This document shows positions 12,101 through 27,100 of a DNA stretch of 64,000 bases, piece after piece; the stretch's first letter is position 1; the number at the start of each line of letters is the position of its first letter. The translations under genes and the position numbers were made by a program. Source of the DNA: Lottia gigantea (Eukaryota). Location: contig NW_008709540.1 of NCBI RefSeq assembly GCF_000327385.1, positions 24,238 through 88,237 on the forward strand, read 5' to 3'. The notes beneath the pieces are model-generated. The model was not told the origin of the DNA and searched no databases. It saw nothing but the letters and a program-made list of their open reading frames with translations.

Positions 12101-15100
12101 GTGCAGCTGTAAATGGGTTTGTATCATCAAGGGAAGATCAGTGGCAAGAGGTTTGGTCGTGGACGAACATCTGGTAGAAAATATCCTTGCCAATTAATAA
12201 GTGACACATAATGCTTATTGCCATAAAAGTAAGTAAATAAATATAAACTGTGCTAACCTGTTTATTTGTGTCATTATATCTTCAGTTTCATTTCTCAAAC
12301 TATCTTCCTCTTCTTGTCGTTTTTGTAAAAATGCATTCATTTCAGCTAGAACTAAAGCTTTAGTTTTTACCTGTAAATACGAACAAAAAAAAAAACTTAA
12401 TACATTTACAAAACAGGCTTATCACATTGAATGTCATTTTTCTTATCTTCCCCTCAACTGAAGGTTGATTTTATTCCAATTTGAATTAGAAATTTGAAAA
12501 CAGTGAGATAACAGTGTGGTATTGAGGAGGAAAAAGAAGGATTTATTGATCCTGTATTGAATACAGTGTATTTATAATTTCAACATAGTAGGATAAATAA
12601 TGACATTGGGATCATGTTTTTCCACCAAGAACTGCCAAAATCCAACAACATCATAAACAAATTTCAAGATTAATTGTAGGGTAAGTGTTAAAAAGATTTG
12701 ATACTCACCAGTTGTTCACTCTCTATTTTTTCCCGTCGATAATGACAAAGACGTTCCCAGATCTGGACTTCCAAGTTCTCTGGCATGTTAGATTGTCTGT
12801 CCAGTTCCTCTATAGCTTGTTCCATGGCTATTTTACTCTGAGCATTTTGACGTGCTGTAGATGGTCGTTCAGCGAATGGATTGGGAGCTGACGGATCTAA
12901 AACTGGTGTATCTGCTCCTTTAAACTTCTGACCTCTATAATATTTAAATTGACACAATTGTATTTATACTCTCACATCAAATAGTCTCACATATTGTTGT
13001 TTTGAAGAGGAAGGGGGGTGGGGGAGTGGTTTAAATTCATCAAATAGTCTCACATATTGTTGATGCTGTTAGACAAAGTTTTGAGAGGGTGGGGGGGTGG
13101 GGGGGAGGGAGGAGGGGGGAGTGGTTTAAATTCAATTGTTTTCAGACTCCCACATGAAATATGGGAACAAATTTGTTTTGCCCCTGTTAGTCAGTTTAAT
13201 AAAGAAAGAGTTGTTTTGTTGAAGTAAAAGAACTATGTGATTGTATAATAGAAATTGGCAAGTTAAATCATCATGATTCATGTTAATGAAAGAATTATAT
13301 AAATTCAACCTCCAGTTGTCTTGAATAAAGAGTTAACCTACCTAGGCCTCTTTTTAAATAATTTAAATAAAGTATCAGCCATTACAGCAGAAACATCGTT
13401 AAATTCTCTTCGGAAAGTTTTATCCATTAATTTATCTTCCGCCAACAATCGATCATAATCGTCGCGGAATTTCTCCAGGTTTTTCTTCGACTCATTCACA
13501 GCTTCTGTAGTCAATTGCTAAAATGGTTCCATTTTCAAATTTCAATAAAAAATCTAGTAATGGTTTTTTACTAATTTATCATTTCATCGAAACAACCTTA
13601 CAGAAGATGGTTGGTTGGTAAATGACATCTGCTTCCTGTTAACACATGGCTGATATCACAGACTACCCCCTCATAAGACAATAACGCCCTCTTCCCTACT
13701 CATTCTTAGCATTATTGACCAGGGGAAACCATACTTGAATATCCATACTTTCTCAAATATTTATTTCATTTCTCCAAATACACTCTTCTTAAACTTTTGC
13801 CTCAAACTGGAACCTTAGCATCTAAAACTGTAGCTTACCTTCAAAACTCTCTTGTGTTCTAATTTAGCATTTAGTTCATGTTCTTGTATTTCTAATTCCT
13901 CTTCTAATAATAAATTATACCTCAACCTGTTGATCTTTAGATCTTCCTATAATTAATATAAAACATTCCCTTAACCCTTTTCACAGAGAAACACAGAGTC
14001 CTTGATTCAACAAATTTAAACAAAGATAAAACCAGATTTTAAAATATACGACAATTTGTTCATTATGATTGAAATTGTTTTCAAATATTGATTAAACACC
14101 AACAAAAACTGAGTCTTTGATAAGTATTAATTAAAACTAATAAAGTTATTGTCTATTTCATGCATTTCCAATGTAGTATTTAAAAAAGGTTTTGAGGTTT
14201 TGAGACAAAAATTCTTAGACCATTCTTCTTCAACCATGACAAATGATTCTCTATAAAAAATAATAAAGATTTCACTAGACTTAAAATCAACAATACTGAT
14301 TATAATTTCTGTATATACCTGATATAAAACCATCATAACTTTCACTTTCTTCATAAACAATTGATTTAAAACTTCATCAAAACCAGTCATATTATCAGCT
14401 ATCACCTGTTCTAATTTACGTAACTCTGTTTCTAATTGCTGAAAAATAAGATTTTACCAGTCGATTAAAACATAAATATAAAAAGCAAAAATTGTCTAAA
14501 ATATTGCTTTCTCAGTTAGAGCCCCTAGAAAAATGGTTTGTACCCCCATTTGATTTTCAAAAATATAAAATGTGTTTTTTACTTGTTTTTGCACAGAAAT
14601 ACAGGTCAAAATGCACCAAGTGTATTCTATCATTAAAAAATTTTCTTTCGGGACACTAATCTTAATATTTTTTTTTATCTCAACCTTGACAATATTGTAT
14701 CTCAATTAAAACAGTATGCTCCTGACCCTGTCATTGCAGTTTGGGTCTCTGTTTATTGTCTGGATGGTAACAGAAGACAACTGTAGAAAAATGAAATAAA
14801 ACCTAACACCTGTCTTTAAATCAGAGAGTTTAGATTCCTACCTTTCTGTATTTTTCTCTTTCTTCCTTCAAATCCTGAACTTTCTTTTCATATTCTTTAG
14901 CTGATTTCACCTCCTCTTCTGTCCATTCTTCAGACTCTTTCGTTGTCATAAATAATGGTTTAGGGACATCCTGTAAAATATATATATATAAATTGAATAA
15001 CCTTAGTTGTAGATTATATTCAAATAAAGAGTTGACCAATTTACCAAAAATAAATGCATTACAAACTCTCTGTGGATCCTCTGAAAGGGTGGACTCTCTG

Positions 15101-18100
15101 AAAGAGATTCCAAGTTAACAAACCCAAATATAAAATAAATGTTACTAGCTAAGTGAATGCTGTGAATCTGAAAGGGATGTTGACTAACATTAGCAATTTT
15201 TAAAAGTTAAATCTTGTTACTTCAATATAAACCTAGCAAAAATTTCAATCCCACCTTTTTGAGTTCATCTTCTTTTTTAATTTCCAGTACTCCTCCCATC
15301 ATCATGTCTAACGCTCTCTCTCGGATATTATCTCCCTTTTCACGAAGTTTTCTTTCTTCTTCTGCTTTCTGTTTGGCTTCAGCTTGTTTCTTCTGTTCAG
15401 GAGTCAGGAACTTCTCCACTGTAACCTAAAATGCAAAAGAAAAAATGAAATGAATTTTTTAATAATCATAATAAATTTACAATTTAGAAATGTGGACTCC
15501 TAAAAGTGATGCTGAGATGGCGTACTCATATACCATGCAGAACCATCTCTGAAAGGGATATCCTGTTACAGAATTAAATTATCCAGGAAAGATCAATGTC
15601 AAAGGTTTGACCAGGGATCACCTGCTTTGCTAGTTGTTATTCTTGTAAAGTTATTGCCAGGAGTTTTGATCAAGGTCCAGCTGATAGACAGAATCCTTGA
15701 GAACTTAACTTATTATCCTTGTAAGTTAACTATGGACGATTATTTACAAAATTTCTGATTTACAAAATCAAATCATCGTACATGAAAAAAATTGGACTGA
15801 AAAAATGAAAACATTCAAAGCATACCTCGGAATCTTTGACTGTAAGAAGTAATTCTGGTTTTTCTAAAACACCCAGTTCAGGTTCGACTACTGTTTCCTT
15901 TAAATCTAAATCTTCTATAATTTTCTTTATTCTTTTATTTTTATCTTTTATTTTCTGAATTTCTTGTTCTTTTTTCTGGTAAACTTCATCAAATTCCTTG
16001 TTAAATGTTACTTTTATTCTGTACAGAGCATCCTACAATCAGAAAAAATACAGGTGTTAATAGTTATGTTGTTGGACAATAATATTTCCAGACACTTGAA
16101 GTTCTGAACTGCAATATGAAACCTGAAATCCCCAAAAAAGTTTGGCTATAAATTGGTAGCAGCTAATGAACTTTTCATAATGAAGTATATCAAATTGAAA
16201 AATGGTATCAGGTGTCTAGAAGAGTAAACATACCATGCCTTGCACCACACCTGCCTTTTCTGAAATTATTTTTAAAAAAGCATCATTTCAAGTAAAGCTT
16301 ACAAATAATCTATATAATTTATAGTAGCTCACCTCCAATAGAACTATCTGTGAAATCTTCTGTTCACGACTGTGTAGATCAAACTGACTATAGAATAAAT
16401 CACTACCTCCACCATACAGGGCACCCAGACTACCAGTTGTAGACGGTTGTTCTGTATTATTCTCCTCCAATTCTTCTCCTTCTAAAACCTCTTCATCCTA
16501 CAGCAATAATAATAAAATATACCCAGGGGAATAGGTTGGGGGAGGGACGTTGATACAGATAGACCCCCTCAATTTCTAAATGTTTTTAAGGCAACCTCTT
16601 CCCAAAAACATGAATCAACTTTTCAACATTTTTGCCAGGCATACAAAAGCATTTCAGTTTCATGCAAGATAAGTTTCTGTGGTCACTGGTCAGAGAAACC
16701 TTCATTTCATTTCATTTCACATCTACCCAAGGATACAAAAGGGCTCATCCCATTTGAATAATTTGAAGAATGCATACAATAAAATAACAATGACCTAATT
16801 TCTGTACACTAAAAGCAGGAACACTGAAATACTAATAGATCTAAATCTAACTGATAAAATACTTTAATATTATAAACCCAACAGATGCCTAAAAGTATAA
16901 CATTTAATATATAGAAACTGGAGTATTATTGTTAAACTCTGAAGCTATGACAATGTAGATGTTTATTATCATACAGGTGAGTAAAAAAGGCACTGAATAT
17001 AAACCTTAACACATCATATACTGTAATACCTACAACATCATTTATGGTGCCGTGACATCATAGCCATTACCAGTTGCGTATGGTTGTGAATAATGAAAGT
17101 GGACAGAGTTTCGAACACAACTCACAACTCAGTTAAATGAGAATTCTTTTTTGCAACCATACGTCACGGTGATCACTCTGGTGTGAAGACACCTAGTGTT
17201 TAGTGAACATGCTTGACGGTAATTTTAATACTTCATAGTTCTCAATAATGAATTATGTTTAAAAAACAAAATAATAGGTCTACAAGCCTTAAAAATGAAA
17301 GGTAGAAAAATAAGCATTGTCAATGTAGGCAAATTAAGTCCTTTTTGTTACTTAGTTTTTGAAGTGTGTCCTACCCCTTATATAAGAATTGTACCCTGTC
17401 ATGAAGTAAATATCAGTCCCTATCCTCCCCTGCAAACTTCTAGCTTTTCATCCATAACTTTGTCATATATGATAAAATATCACCTTCAGAAATTGAAATA
17501 CGTCTTATATATTTCTCAAAAAAATTAAGATAAAAAACAAAGCTGACTAAAACAATAATGGTACAGGTACTTGTAAAAACAGCTGTTTGTCTATAATATT
17601 CTATAAGCTAGTGTCAAAATAAATAAAATATAAAGAATGGACAATATCAAAACTATTCTGTTGTTTACAATATCAATATCTAGGCCTGTTATCATCAGAT
17701 GATTTTTTCTTCAAGAGTATTTACATTCTGCATTTCTTTTTTTTCACTTTTATGACAATACTTTCAAGTACAAATATTCAAATATCAAGGCTCAGACTTG
17801 AAAAAATCATCTGATTGAAAACAGGATTTTTAACTTACTGGAGATTTACTTTCGCTAAAAGCACTCTCAGAACCACTGGCTTGCTTTTAAATATTTAAAA
17901 ATGACAGAATTTTACAGTCAGATAGTAAGAATAGAAAGATCAAATCAGTAGACTTCTGTCTCTTAAAGATATTATCAAAATTTATTGTCACAGTAAAATT
18001 TCTACATGGCAATATTTTAATCACAACATTGTTTATGAAATTGGCTTATGTACCAAAATATCTAAAGTGGAATGTAGAGTTAAGTTTAAGTATCAAAAAC

Positions 18101-21100
18101 TCAAAATCAACACCAAGCAGTGTCGCCAGCTGGTAAATAGGATCCTCATGAACCTTAGTTGTTATCCTTGTAAAAGCATTATCGAGAGGTTTGGCCAACT
18201 ACCAGCTGATAAACGGTATCCTTGTGAATCTTCTCACCTGCATTACTGACAAGGAGACAGCAGAATATGGAATATCATAAAATATAAAAATTTCTCACTG
18301 CCAGAGAAACAATAGGAATAGAAATGAAATGAATGGAGTTTTACTTCCTACTTTTCTGCACCATGTGGGCTAATGAAGACGGGCAACGTCATGCAGGGTG
18401 CAATGAGGAAAATTTTGCCAGGACAGTGGCATAAGCCTTCTCTTTTTTTTGATTTCCAAATGTAGAGGGATCTTTAATGTACACAGTCTGTATCAGGAAT
18501 AGAAGACATAAGATATAAATCATTAACTTACTGCAGTAGATGTTGATTTTAAAGTTGGTTCTAAAACAGCTTTAGTTGCCTAAAATAGAAAATATTCGTT
18601 GTCTTGATGTAACAAATATTACTAAAAAGACTCATAAATACAACATATCACAATGTATTCATTGGTCAACATATCCCATTGTATTCATTGGTCAACATAT
18701 CCCATTGTATTCATTGGTCAACATATCCCATTGTATTCATTGGTCAACATATCGCATTGTATTCATTGGTCAACATATCACAATGTATTCATTGGTCAAC
18801 ATATCACATTGTATTCATTGGTCAACATATCACAATGTATTCATTGGTCAACATATCGCATTGTATTCATTGGTCAACATATCCCATTGTATTCATTGGT
18901 CAACATATCATATTGTATTCATTGGTCAACATATCCCATTGTATTCATTGGTCAACATATCGCATTATATTCATTGGTCAACATATCACAATGTATTCAT
19001 TGGTCAACATATCGCATTGTATTCATTGGTCAACATATCCCATTGTATTCATTGGTCAACATATCGCATTGTATTCATTGGTCAACATATCACAATGTAT
19101 TCATTGGTCAACATATCCCATTGTATTCATTGGTCAACATATCACAATGTATTCATTGGTCAACATATCGCATTATATTCATTGGTCAACATATCACAAT
19201 GTATTCATTGGTCAACATATCACATTGTATTCATTGGTCAACATATCACAATGTATTCATTGGTCAACATATCGCATTGTATTCATTGGTCAACATATCA
19301 CATTGTATTCATTGGTCAACATATCCCATTGTATTCATTGGTCAACATATCGCATTGTATTCATTGGTCAACATATCACAATGTATTCATTGGTCAACAT
19401 ATCACATTGTATTCATTGGTCAACATATCACAATGTATTCCTTGGTCAACATATCACATTGCTTTAGTTCCCAGTCATGAGTCTAAAATACTTACCTCTG
19501 CAGCAGATATTTCCATCTGTCTCCTGGTCTGAACTGTTTCTAATAACTCCAGGCTTTCCTTACGTCTATCTTTCAGAGGAAAGTTAGCCACCTCCAGCGA
19601 GGAATTATACGCCTGCAAATAACATATACAATAATAATATATTTATAGATGGAAACTATCTTATACCATAATTGGTCTCATGGGTAACCCAGAATCACAC
19701 TCCCTGTGCATCGAAGGAATTTAGGGAAATTTTGTAGCTTTTGTATGTGGATCATCCATAGTTATACGTCATATTTACAGAATTTTGATTTTCTAGTCTT
19801 TGTATGTGTATCAGGTACACTTATAGCTTCTATTTACACCATTCTGATTTTCTAGTCTTTATATGTGTATCAGGTACACTTATAGCTTCTATTAACACCA
19901 TTCTGATTTTCTAGTCTTTGTATGTGTATCAGGTACACTTATAGCTTCTATTTACACCATTCTGATTTTCTAGTCTTTGTATGTGTATCAGGGACACTTA
20001 TTGCTTCTATTTACACCATTCTGATTTTCTAGTCTTTGTATGTGTATCAGGGACACTTATAGCTTCTATTTACACCATTCTGATTTTCTAGTCTTTGTAT
20101 GTGTATCAGGGACACTTATAGCTTCTATTTACACCATTCTGATTTTCTAGTCTTTGTATGTGTATCAGTGACACTTATAGCTTCTATTTACACCATTCTG
20201 ATTTTCTAGTCTTTGTATGTGTATCAGTGACACTTATAACTTCTATTTACACCATTCTGATATTCTAGTCTTTGTATGTGTATTAGAGACACTTATAGCT
20301 TCTATTTACACCATTCTGATTTTCTAGTCTTTGTATGTGTATTAGAGACACTTATAGCTTCTATTTACACCATTCTGATTTTCTAGTCTTTGTATGTGTA
20401 TCAGTGACACTTATAGCTTCTATTTACACCATTCTGATTTTCTAGTCTTTGTATGTGTATCAGTGACACTTATAGCTTCTATTTACACCATTCTGATTTT
20501 CTAGTCTTTGTATGTGTATCAGGGACACTTATAGCTTCTATTAAAACATAAAATATTGTTACCTGTATAGAGCGACCTTTAACCTTCATATCTTCCCAGC
20601 ATTCCTTGTAAATCATTTCACGTAGATACATCTTCGCCAGATTCTCAAATTCTATTTCCTCACGCACCTATATCAAAAAAATACTTTCATTTGAAAAATA
20701 TGACTAATTATCTAAATAGGACAAACCTAAAATAAAATCAGGTTCTAGATATATGAGAACATTCTTGTATATTCCTAATGGACAATGGCTCAACTTGCAT
20801 CTTTCTGACATACAATCATCATCAGTACAGATGATTTTTAACTTTCCAATAGGATCTTTAAGTGTGTGGGAACGAAAGGGAATGAGCAAGAGTTAGAAAT
20901 CAGTTGCAGATGTTTAGACACCACAAAACTTGGTATTTTGCGCCTATGAATGGCAAAAACTTCAATAAATATTCCTTCATTGTATGCAAGTCTCAAGAGG
21001 CCATGAAAATTCTCGAGATTTTTTTTAAGTGCATAATTTCATTGACATTGAAAAGGATAGATTGATCAATCAGATTACATGCAGATAACACCAAATCATC

Positions 21101-24100
21101 AGCCTGTCGAGATTATAACGTACCCTTTGAACTTCTGCCTCTCCCAGTGCCTGTAGTCGTGTCTGTTCATCAATATCAAGATCAAATTCATGTCTGTTTA
21201 GTTTCTCAATGTCTGGTTGTGATTCATTCAATAACATCATTTGTTGAATCTAAAAAAATACAAGGAAAGAGTGAAAAGATGAACAATACAAGCTAATAAA
21301 AATGAAGAATGCCAAGCAATGTGCATTAGGAAATATTTTATGAGCACCATTTTACCTTAAAAAGATATCCCTACCCTTACTTTGTGTGCACTTCTTTTGT
21401 TGAAGTGGTTTCATCTAGTATAATACAGAGAAAATAATTTATTCTTCACCAACTGCTGAAAGATCTTTAATGTGTAGTAACTTTAGAGCAAGAAACCTCT
21501 CCTATCACCGAATTATGACAACTACTCACTGATTTTCTGATGTCTCTAATCTGACATCGTAAATTATGTTTTTTATCTGCGTATTGTTTATCTTCTTCTA
21601 GTATAGCCTAAAATAGAAATATTTTGACTGCAAGTTTGGCTCGGAATACCCCTAAGGACCTAATAAGCATTTCCTTCAATGCTTAAATGATTACTGATTT
21701 TTACTATTGTTTATTTGGTTATGTTATCTTAAATAAATACTGAGATAAATCTTGTGACGATTTAGAAAAAATAAGGAATTGAACCAAACATAAAGTTCTG
21801 TGTTAAAAATATGTATTTCTTTTCAAAAAGAGTATGTCTATTTCAGTTAGTGTTTGGTAAGAAAGATTTGTTATTAGTATCAAGTAATTAATAATATTTT
21901 ACCAGAATTTGGTTATCCTCTAGCCAAGTATTATCAATACGTTTTGTCGGAACTGGTGTCGTAAATATTTCTTCATTTTCTAAAGCTGCCTGTTTCTCTT
22001 GTTCTATCTTCTCCTGAAAATAACAATTCATATATTGATGAAAATACAAAATAAACATAGATATATTGACCTCTTTTAAGAGCCAATTAACCCAAATAAT
22101 AATAAATATATTATAAAATATAGAATAAGTTGTAGATATATAATCATTCACATGCAATATAAAAGCAAGGCATGGCATGTAGATAATCAACTCAACACAT
22201 AAATAGCAAACCAATCTGGACTAGCATGGTGGCTTTCTTACTGACTACCCCATAATACAACATCAGAGATAAAACCTACACAGCAGAAGCTTTAAGTAAA
22301 TACTCACAAAATAACATACCCTTTCTTCTCTATCTAAAGTAGAGTTAGTTCTAGAGGCTGAGGCAGGATGGACCCATCCTGTCATGGCGGCCATTGCTGC
22401 ATCTTCCTGTTGTTGGGGTCCCATCAATCTCATCTTTCTACTTCGAGCATTTTCTATCGCTGATTTTGCTTTCGTCATTCCAGTTGACGTGAAACTAGAA
22501 ATTTCAAGTTGATAAATAAATTTAAAATATATATGAAAGAGAAAATATAGACCTATAGAAATTGTCATTCATGTAATGGTTAAGTTCTTCTTTACATCAT
22601 GATATCAGTTGAATTCTTGACATAACAATTTAACCAATCGAAAACTTTGTTTTTAGGGGGCTGACAATTAATATCCAATGCTTAACAAATATCTAAAAAT
22701 TTCTCACACAATCAGTAACCTCAATCTCTAATCAAACAGAGCATTTGATTGGCTGAATATTCTATGACCTAGAACATTTATTACATGATAATGTCATGAG
22801 ATCATGGATGGCTAGTGGAGTCGTCCACAGAAAAAAAACACAAAAACGTCCTCTTAATCTGTTTTATTTTTATCAAGATATTTTGATATAAATTGAAATT
22901 AATATTCTATATGGACTTACTTCCAGAAAGAGGCTGTCAGGACGCCATCGAAACCGACAGTAAATAATTTCTGTCCGTCCTCAGAGAAACAGATTTCACG
23001 TACTCCATTATAATTATATTCATGTGGTGTTATATAAACTGTTTTATCCTGTAAAATAACATACACATAGTCAAGAGCAAGAGTTATTATGACAGCTGAT
23101 AATGATATCTATTGTTAAATATTTCTAGAGATATGGGATCAATCAAGCTCCATCCTTGTTTTGCTCCTATTAGATAAGAAGACCTATAGTAGACCTTGTT
23201 GGTATATAATTTATGTTTTATTCTCTTGCCATTACATCTGATGACGACACGTGTATATTGTGTTGAAACGTTATGTGCCCAACCTTATTAAAGAAGTGTG
23301 TTATATTCCATAATATTGTCTTGTGTTTTTGTTATATGTGCTCCTCGATTCTATATGTCGTTCTAATCTTATATCTATAGAATCAACGAGTTTCACCAAT
23401 TTCAGGAAAAAGTCATATTTGGCTGATATTTCACATCACTTGATATCTTGACAACAATTCTTGAAACAGAGAGATACAAATATAAAGATAACATACCATG
23501 GTTCCAATGGATCTGAAGATGACGTTCCCATCAGTGCTGTATGATGCCAACCATTTCCCATGTGGTGAGAGAACCAGATGTCCTCCAGGAAGCTGATGTC
23601 CTGGCACATCACTAGCTGGTACTAAATACGATTCAGGACTTGTCAACTGAAAACAAAGATTAATGACATTTTTTTAATGGTATTCTTTTTTAATTTTCAG
23701 TTCATGTTTAAAAAAAGAATGAGTTATCCCCAGACATCTGAGTTTGTATTCTTGTACAAAACTGATTGTGTTTTTGTAGTGTTTTCAAGTAAAAACAAGA
23801 CTGGTATGTAAAAAAACTAACCTTTTTGGGTTTGACATCAGGTAAAGCCATGGAGATGATTTTTTTAGAGTTTTGTGAGATGGTGTAGAGAGTGTTATTT
23901 TCACCAATAGAAGCTCCGTATGAAGGTATGGTGAGATGGAGGTTCATCTTCTTGATAGCCTCATCTTTAAATCTTCCCTTTAAACTTTCATGTTTGTCTT
24001 TTATATCTTCAATAAAATAAATAGAAATATAATAATAATACAAGTAATATATCTGGAGGGGCAATTTTGTGTTTAGTTGCAGTTTTGATTTGATATAGGT

Positions 24101-27100
24101 CAGCCACGTTTTCTGGAGGGCAATCAATAATTTTGGGGGAGCTATGACCCCCTCCACCCTCCCTGTAGCTATGGGCCTGGAATATACTACTCCTTTCTTT
24201 AATTTTAGATAAATAGGGTGCAAAAATTAAAGGAAGGAGCCGTGTATCCATTGTAGTGCTTCATTTCCTATTGAGATAATATGTTCGTAAGATTCACTGA
24301 AAATCATGGCTTAGAGAAATAGGCGTACCTGTAGTAATATCAGCAGGAATGGTAAAATATATTAGTTTATTGGCACCAGATCGTTTATCAGTATGGGTAC
24401 TGGTTGTCACGACAACTTTTACATCTTTATTACTGTTTATACACGTCATAGCTATAATATCTCCTTCAAATTCTACAATATATAAATACAGTCATAGCTA
24501 TAATATCTCCTTCAAATTCTACAATATATAAATACAGTCATAGCTATAATATCTCCTTCAAATTCTACAATATATAAATACAGTCATAGCTATAATATCT
24601 CCTTCAAATTCTACAATATATAAATACAGTCATAGCTATAATATCTCCTTCAAATTCTACAATATATAAATACAGTCATAGCTATAATATCTCCTTCAAA
24701 TTCTACAATATATAAATACAGTCATAGCTATAATATCTCCTCCAAATTCTACAATATATAAATACAGTCATAGCTATAATATCTCCTTCAAATTCTACAA
24801 TATATAAATACAGTCATAGCTATAATATCTCCTTCAAATTCTACAATATATAAATACAGTCATAGCTATAATATCTCCTTCAAATTCTACAATATATAAA
24901 TACAGTCATAGCTATAATATCTCCTTCAAATTCTACAATATATAAATACAGTCATAGCTATAATATCTCCTTCAAATTCTACAATATATAAATACAGTCA
25001 TACCTATAATATCTCCTTCAAATTCTACAATATATAAATACAGTCATAGCTATAATATCTCCTTCAAATTCTACAATATATAAATACAGTCATAGCTATA
25101 ATATCTCCTTCAAATTCTACAATATATAAATACAGTCATACCTATAATATCTCCTTCAAATTCTACAATATATAAATACAGTCATAGCTATAATATCTCC
25201 TTCAAATTCTACAATATATAAATACAGTCATAGCTATCATATCTCCTTCAAATTCTACAATATATAAATACAGTCATAGCAATAATATCTCCTTCAAATT
25301 CTACAATATATAAATACAGTCATAGCTATAATATCTCCTTCAAATTCAATAAATATATAAATACAGTCATAGCTATAATATCTCCTTCAAATTCTACAAT
25401 ATATAAATACAGTCATAGCTATAATATCTCCTTCAAATTCTACAATATATAAATACAGTCATAGCTATAATATCTCCTTCAAATTCTACAATATATAAAT
25501 ACAGTCATAGCTATAATATCTCCTTCAAATTCAATAAATATATAAATACAGTCATAGCTATAATATCTCCTTCAAATTCTACAATGTATAAATACAGTCA
25601 TAGCTATAATATCTCCTTCAAATTCTACAATATATAAATACAGTCATAGCTATAATATCTCCTTCAAATTCTACAATGTATAAATACAGTCATAGCTATA
25701 ATATCTCCTTCAAATTCTACAATATATAAATACAGTCATAGCTATAATATCTCCTTCAAATTCTACAATATATAAATACAGTCATAGCTATAATATCTCC
25801 TTCAAATTCTACAATATATAAATACAGTCATACCTATAATATCTCCTTCAAATTCTACAATATATAAATACAGTCATAGCTATAATATCTCCTTCAAATT
25901 CTACAATGTATAAATACAGTCATAGCTATAATATCTCCTTCAAATTCTACAATATATAAATACAGTCATAGCTATAATATCTCCTTCAAATTCTACAATA
26001 TATAAATACAGTCATAGCTATAATATCTCCTTCAAATTCTACAATATATAAATACAGTCATAGCAATAATATCTCCTTCAAATTCTACAATATATAAATA
26101 CAGTCATAGCTACAATATCTCCTTCAAATTCTACAATATATATACAAACATCTTGTCATTGATCTTTGCAATTGATTTTACAAAAATTCCAGTTAGATTC
26201 TTTAAAAAGCTGAGTTATTATTGTCCTTAATAGATTTGAGAAATTCTCCCTTTCTTTCCTAGTGCTGTACTACTGTATGTATCATTCCATCTTTACATTA
26301 TATGCTGTTAGAAAATCAATTCGTTTACATGAAAGAAATATTGTCAAATTTTGAAATGAAAACTTAATAAATTCTCACCAGTATATCCTAATACATCAAA
26401 CCTAGTAGAGGGTCTACCATCTATAATATAAACATGTTGATCATTACCAGCTACTAATAAATAGTCTCCATCAGATGAAAACCTGAAAATATTACCAAAT
26501 TTAATATTCTATAGTTTTACACCTTACTGGGCTGGGGGAATGGAGTTTTACACTACATTTAAGATTTACTATGTTTCTTGTTCCAGACCAGAAATACTGA
26601 TCTACACCTCTGATTTTATTTGGGTTTATGAAATAAACAATTATTTAAATAATAAGAATCTAACATTCTGCTGTTCACAGCTCTTTGGGTTGAAGACAAG
26701 AAATGAAGTTTAAATAACAACAAACAGGGCTCCATATGCTAATCTAACCAGCCCAATAGCTGATGATATGAAATGAGGTTTTTACAAGATACTTCAATAA
26801 ACTTACTGTAAATGTGTGATAGGAACTCGAGCCATTCTGATTCTATCTACTATACGAGGAGACTGGAAGTTAGTGTAGTCTATAAAGTAGACAAATCCAG
26901 TCTGTGTTCCTACTGCTACCAGATGAGTCATTGGACTACATGATAAACTAACAGTCTGAAATAAAGAGTATGTATTTAATGTTATTTAATGAGTATGTAG
27001 ATCAGACAACAGAAAGTCTAATGTAAGTTTTTTGTTCAAGAACCATACATCTGATTAAATAAAGGAACACAATTTTATGGTATACTACTCCTTAGTTTTA

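Noticed and set aside
18576-19532. Three overlapping ORFs of 318, 275 and 262 aa on the plus strand with a repetitive 'YSLVNISHCIHWSTY…' translation.
   Set aside because: They lie entirely inside the 26-bp minisatellite. The period is not a multiple of 3, so the same stop-free unit is read in all three frames. This is an ORF-track artefact, not a gene.
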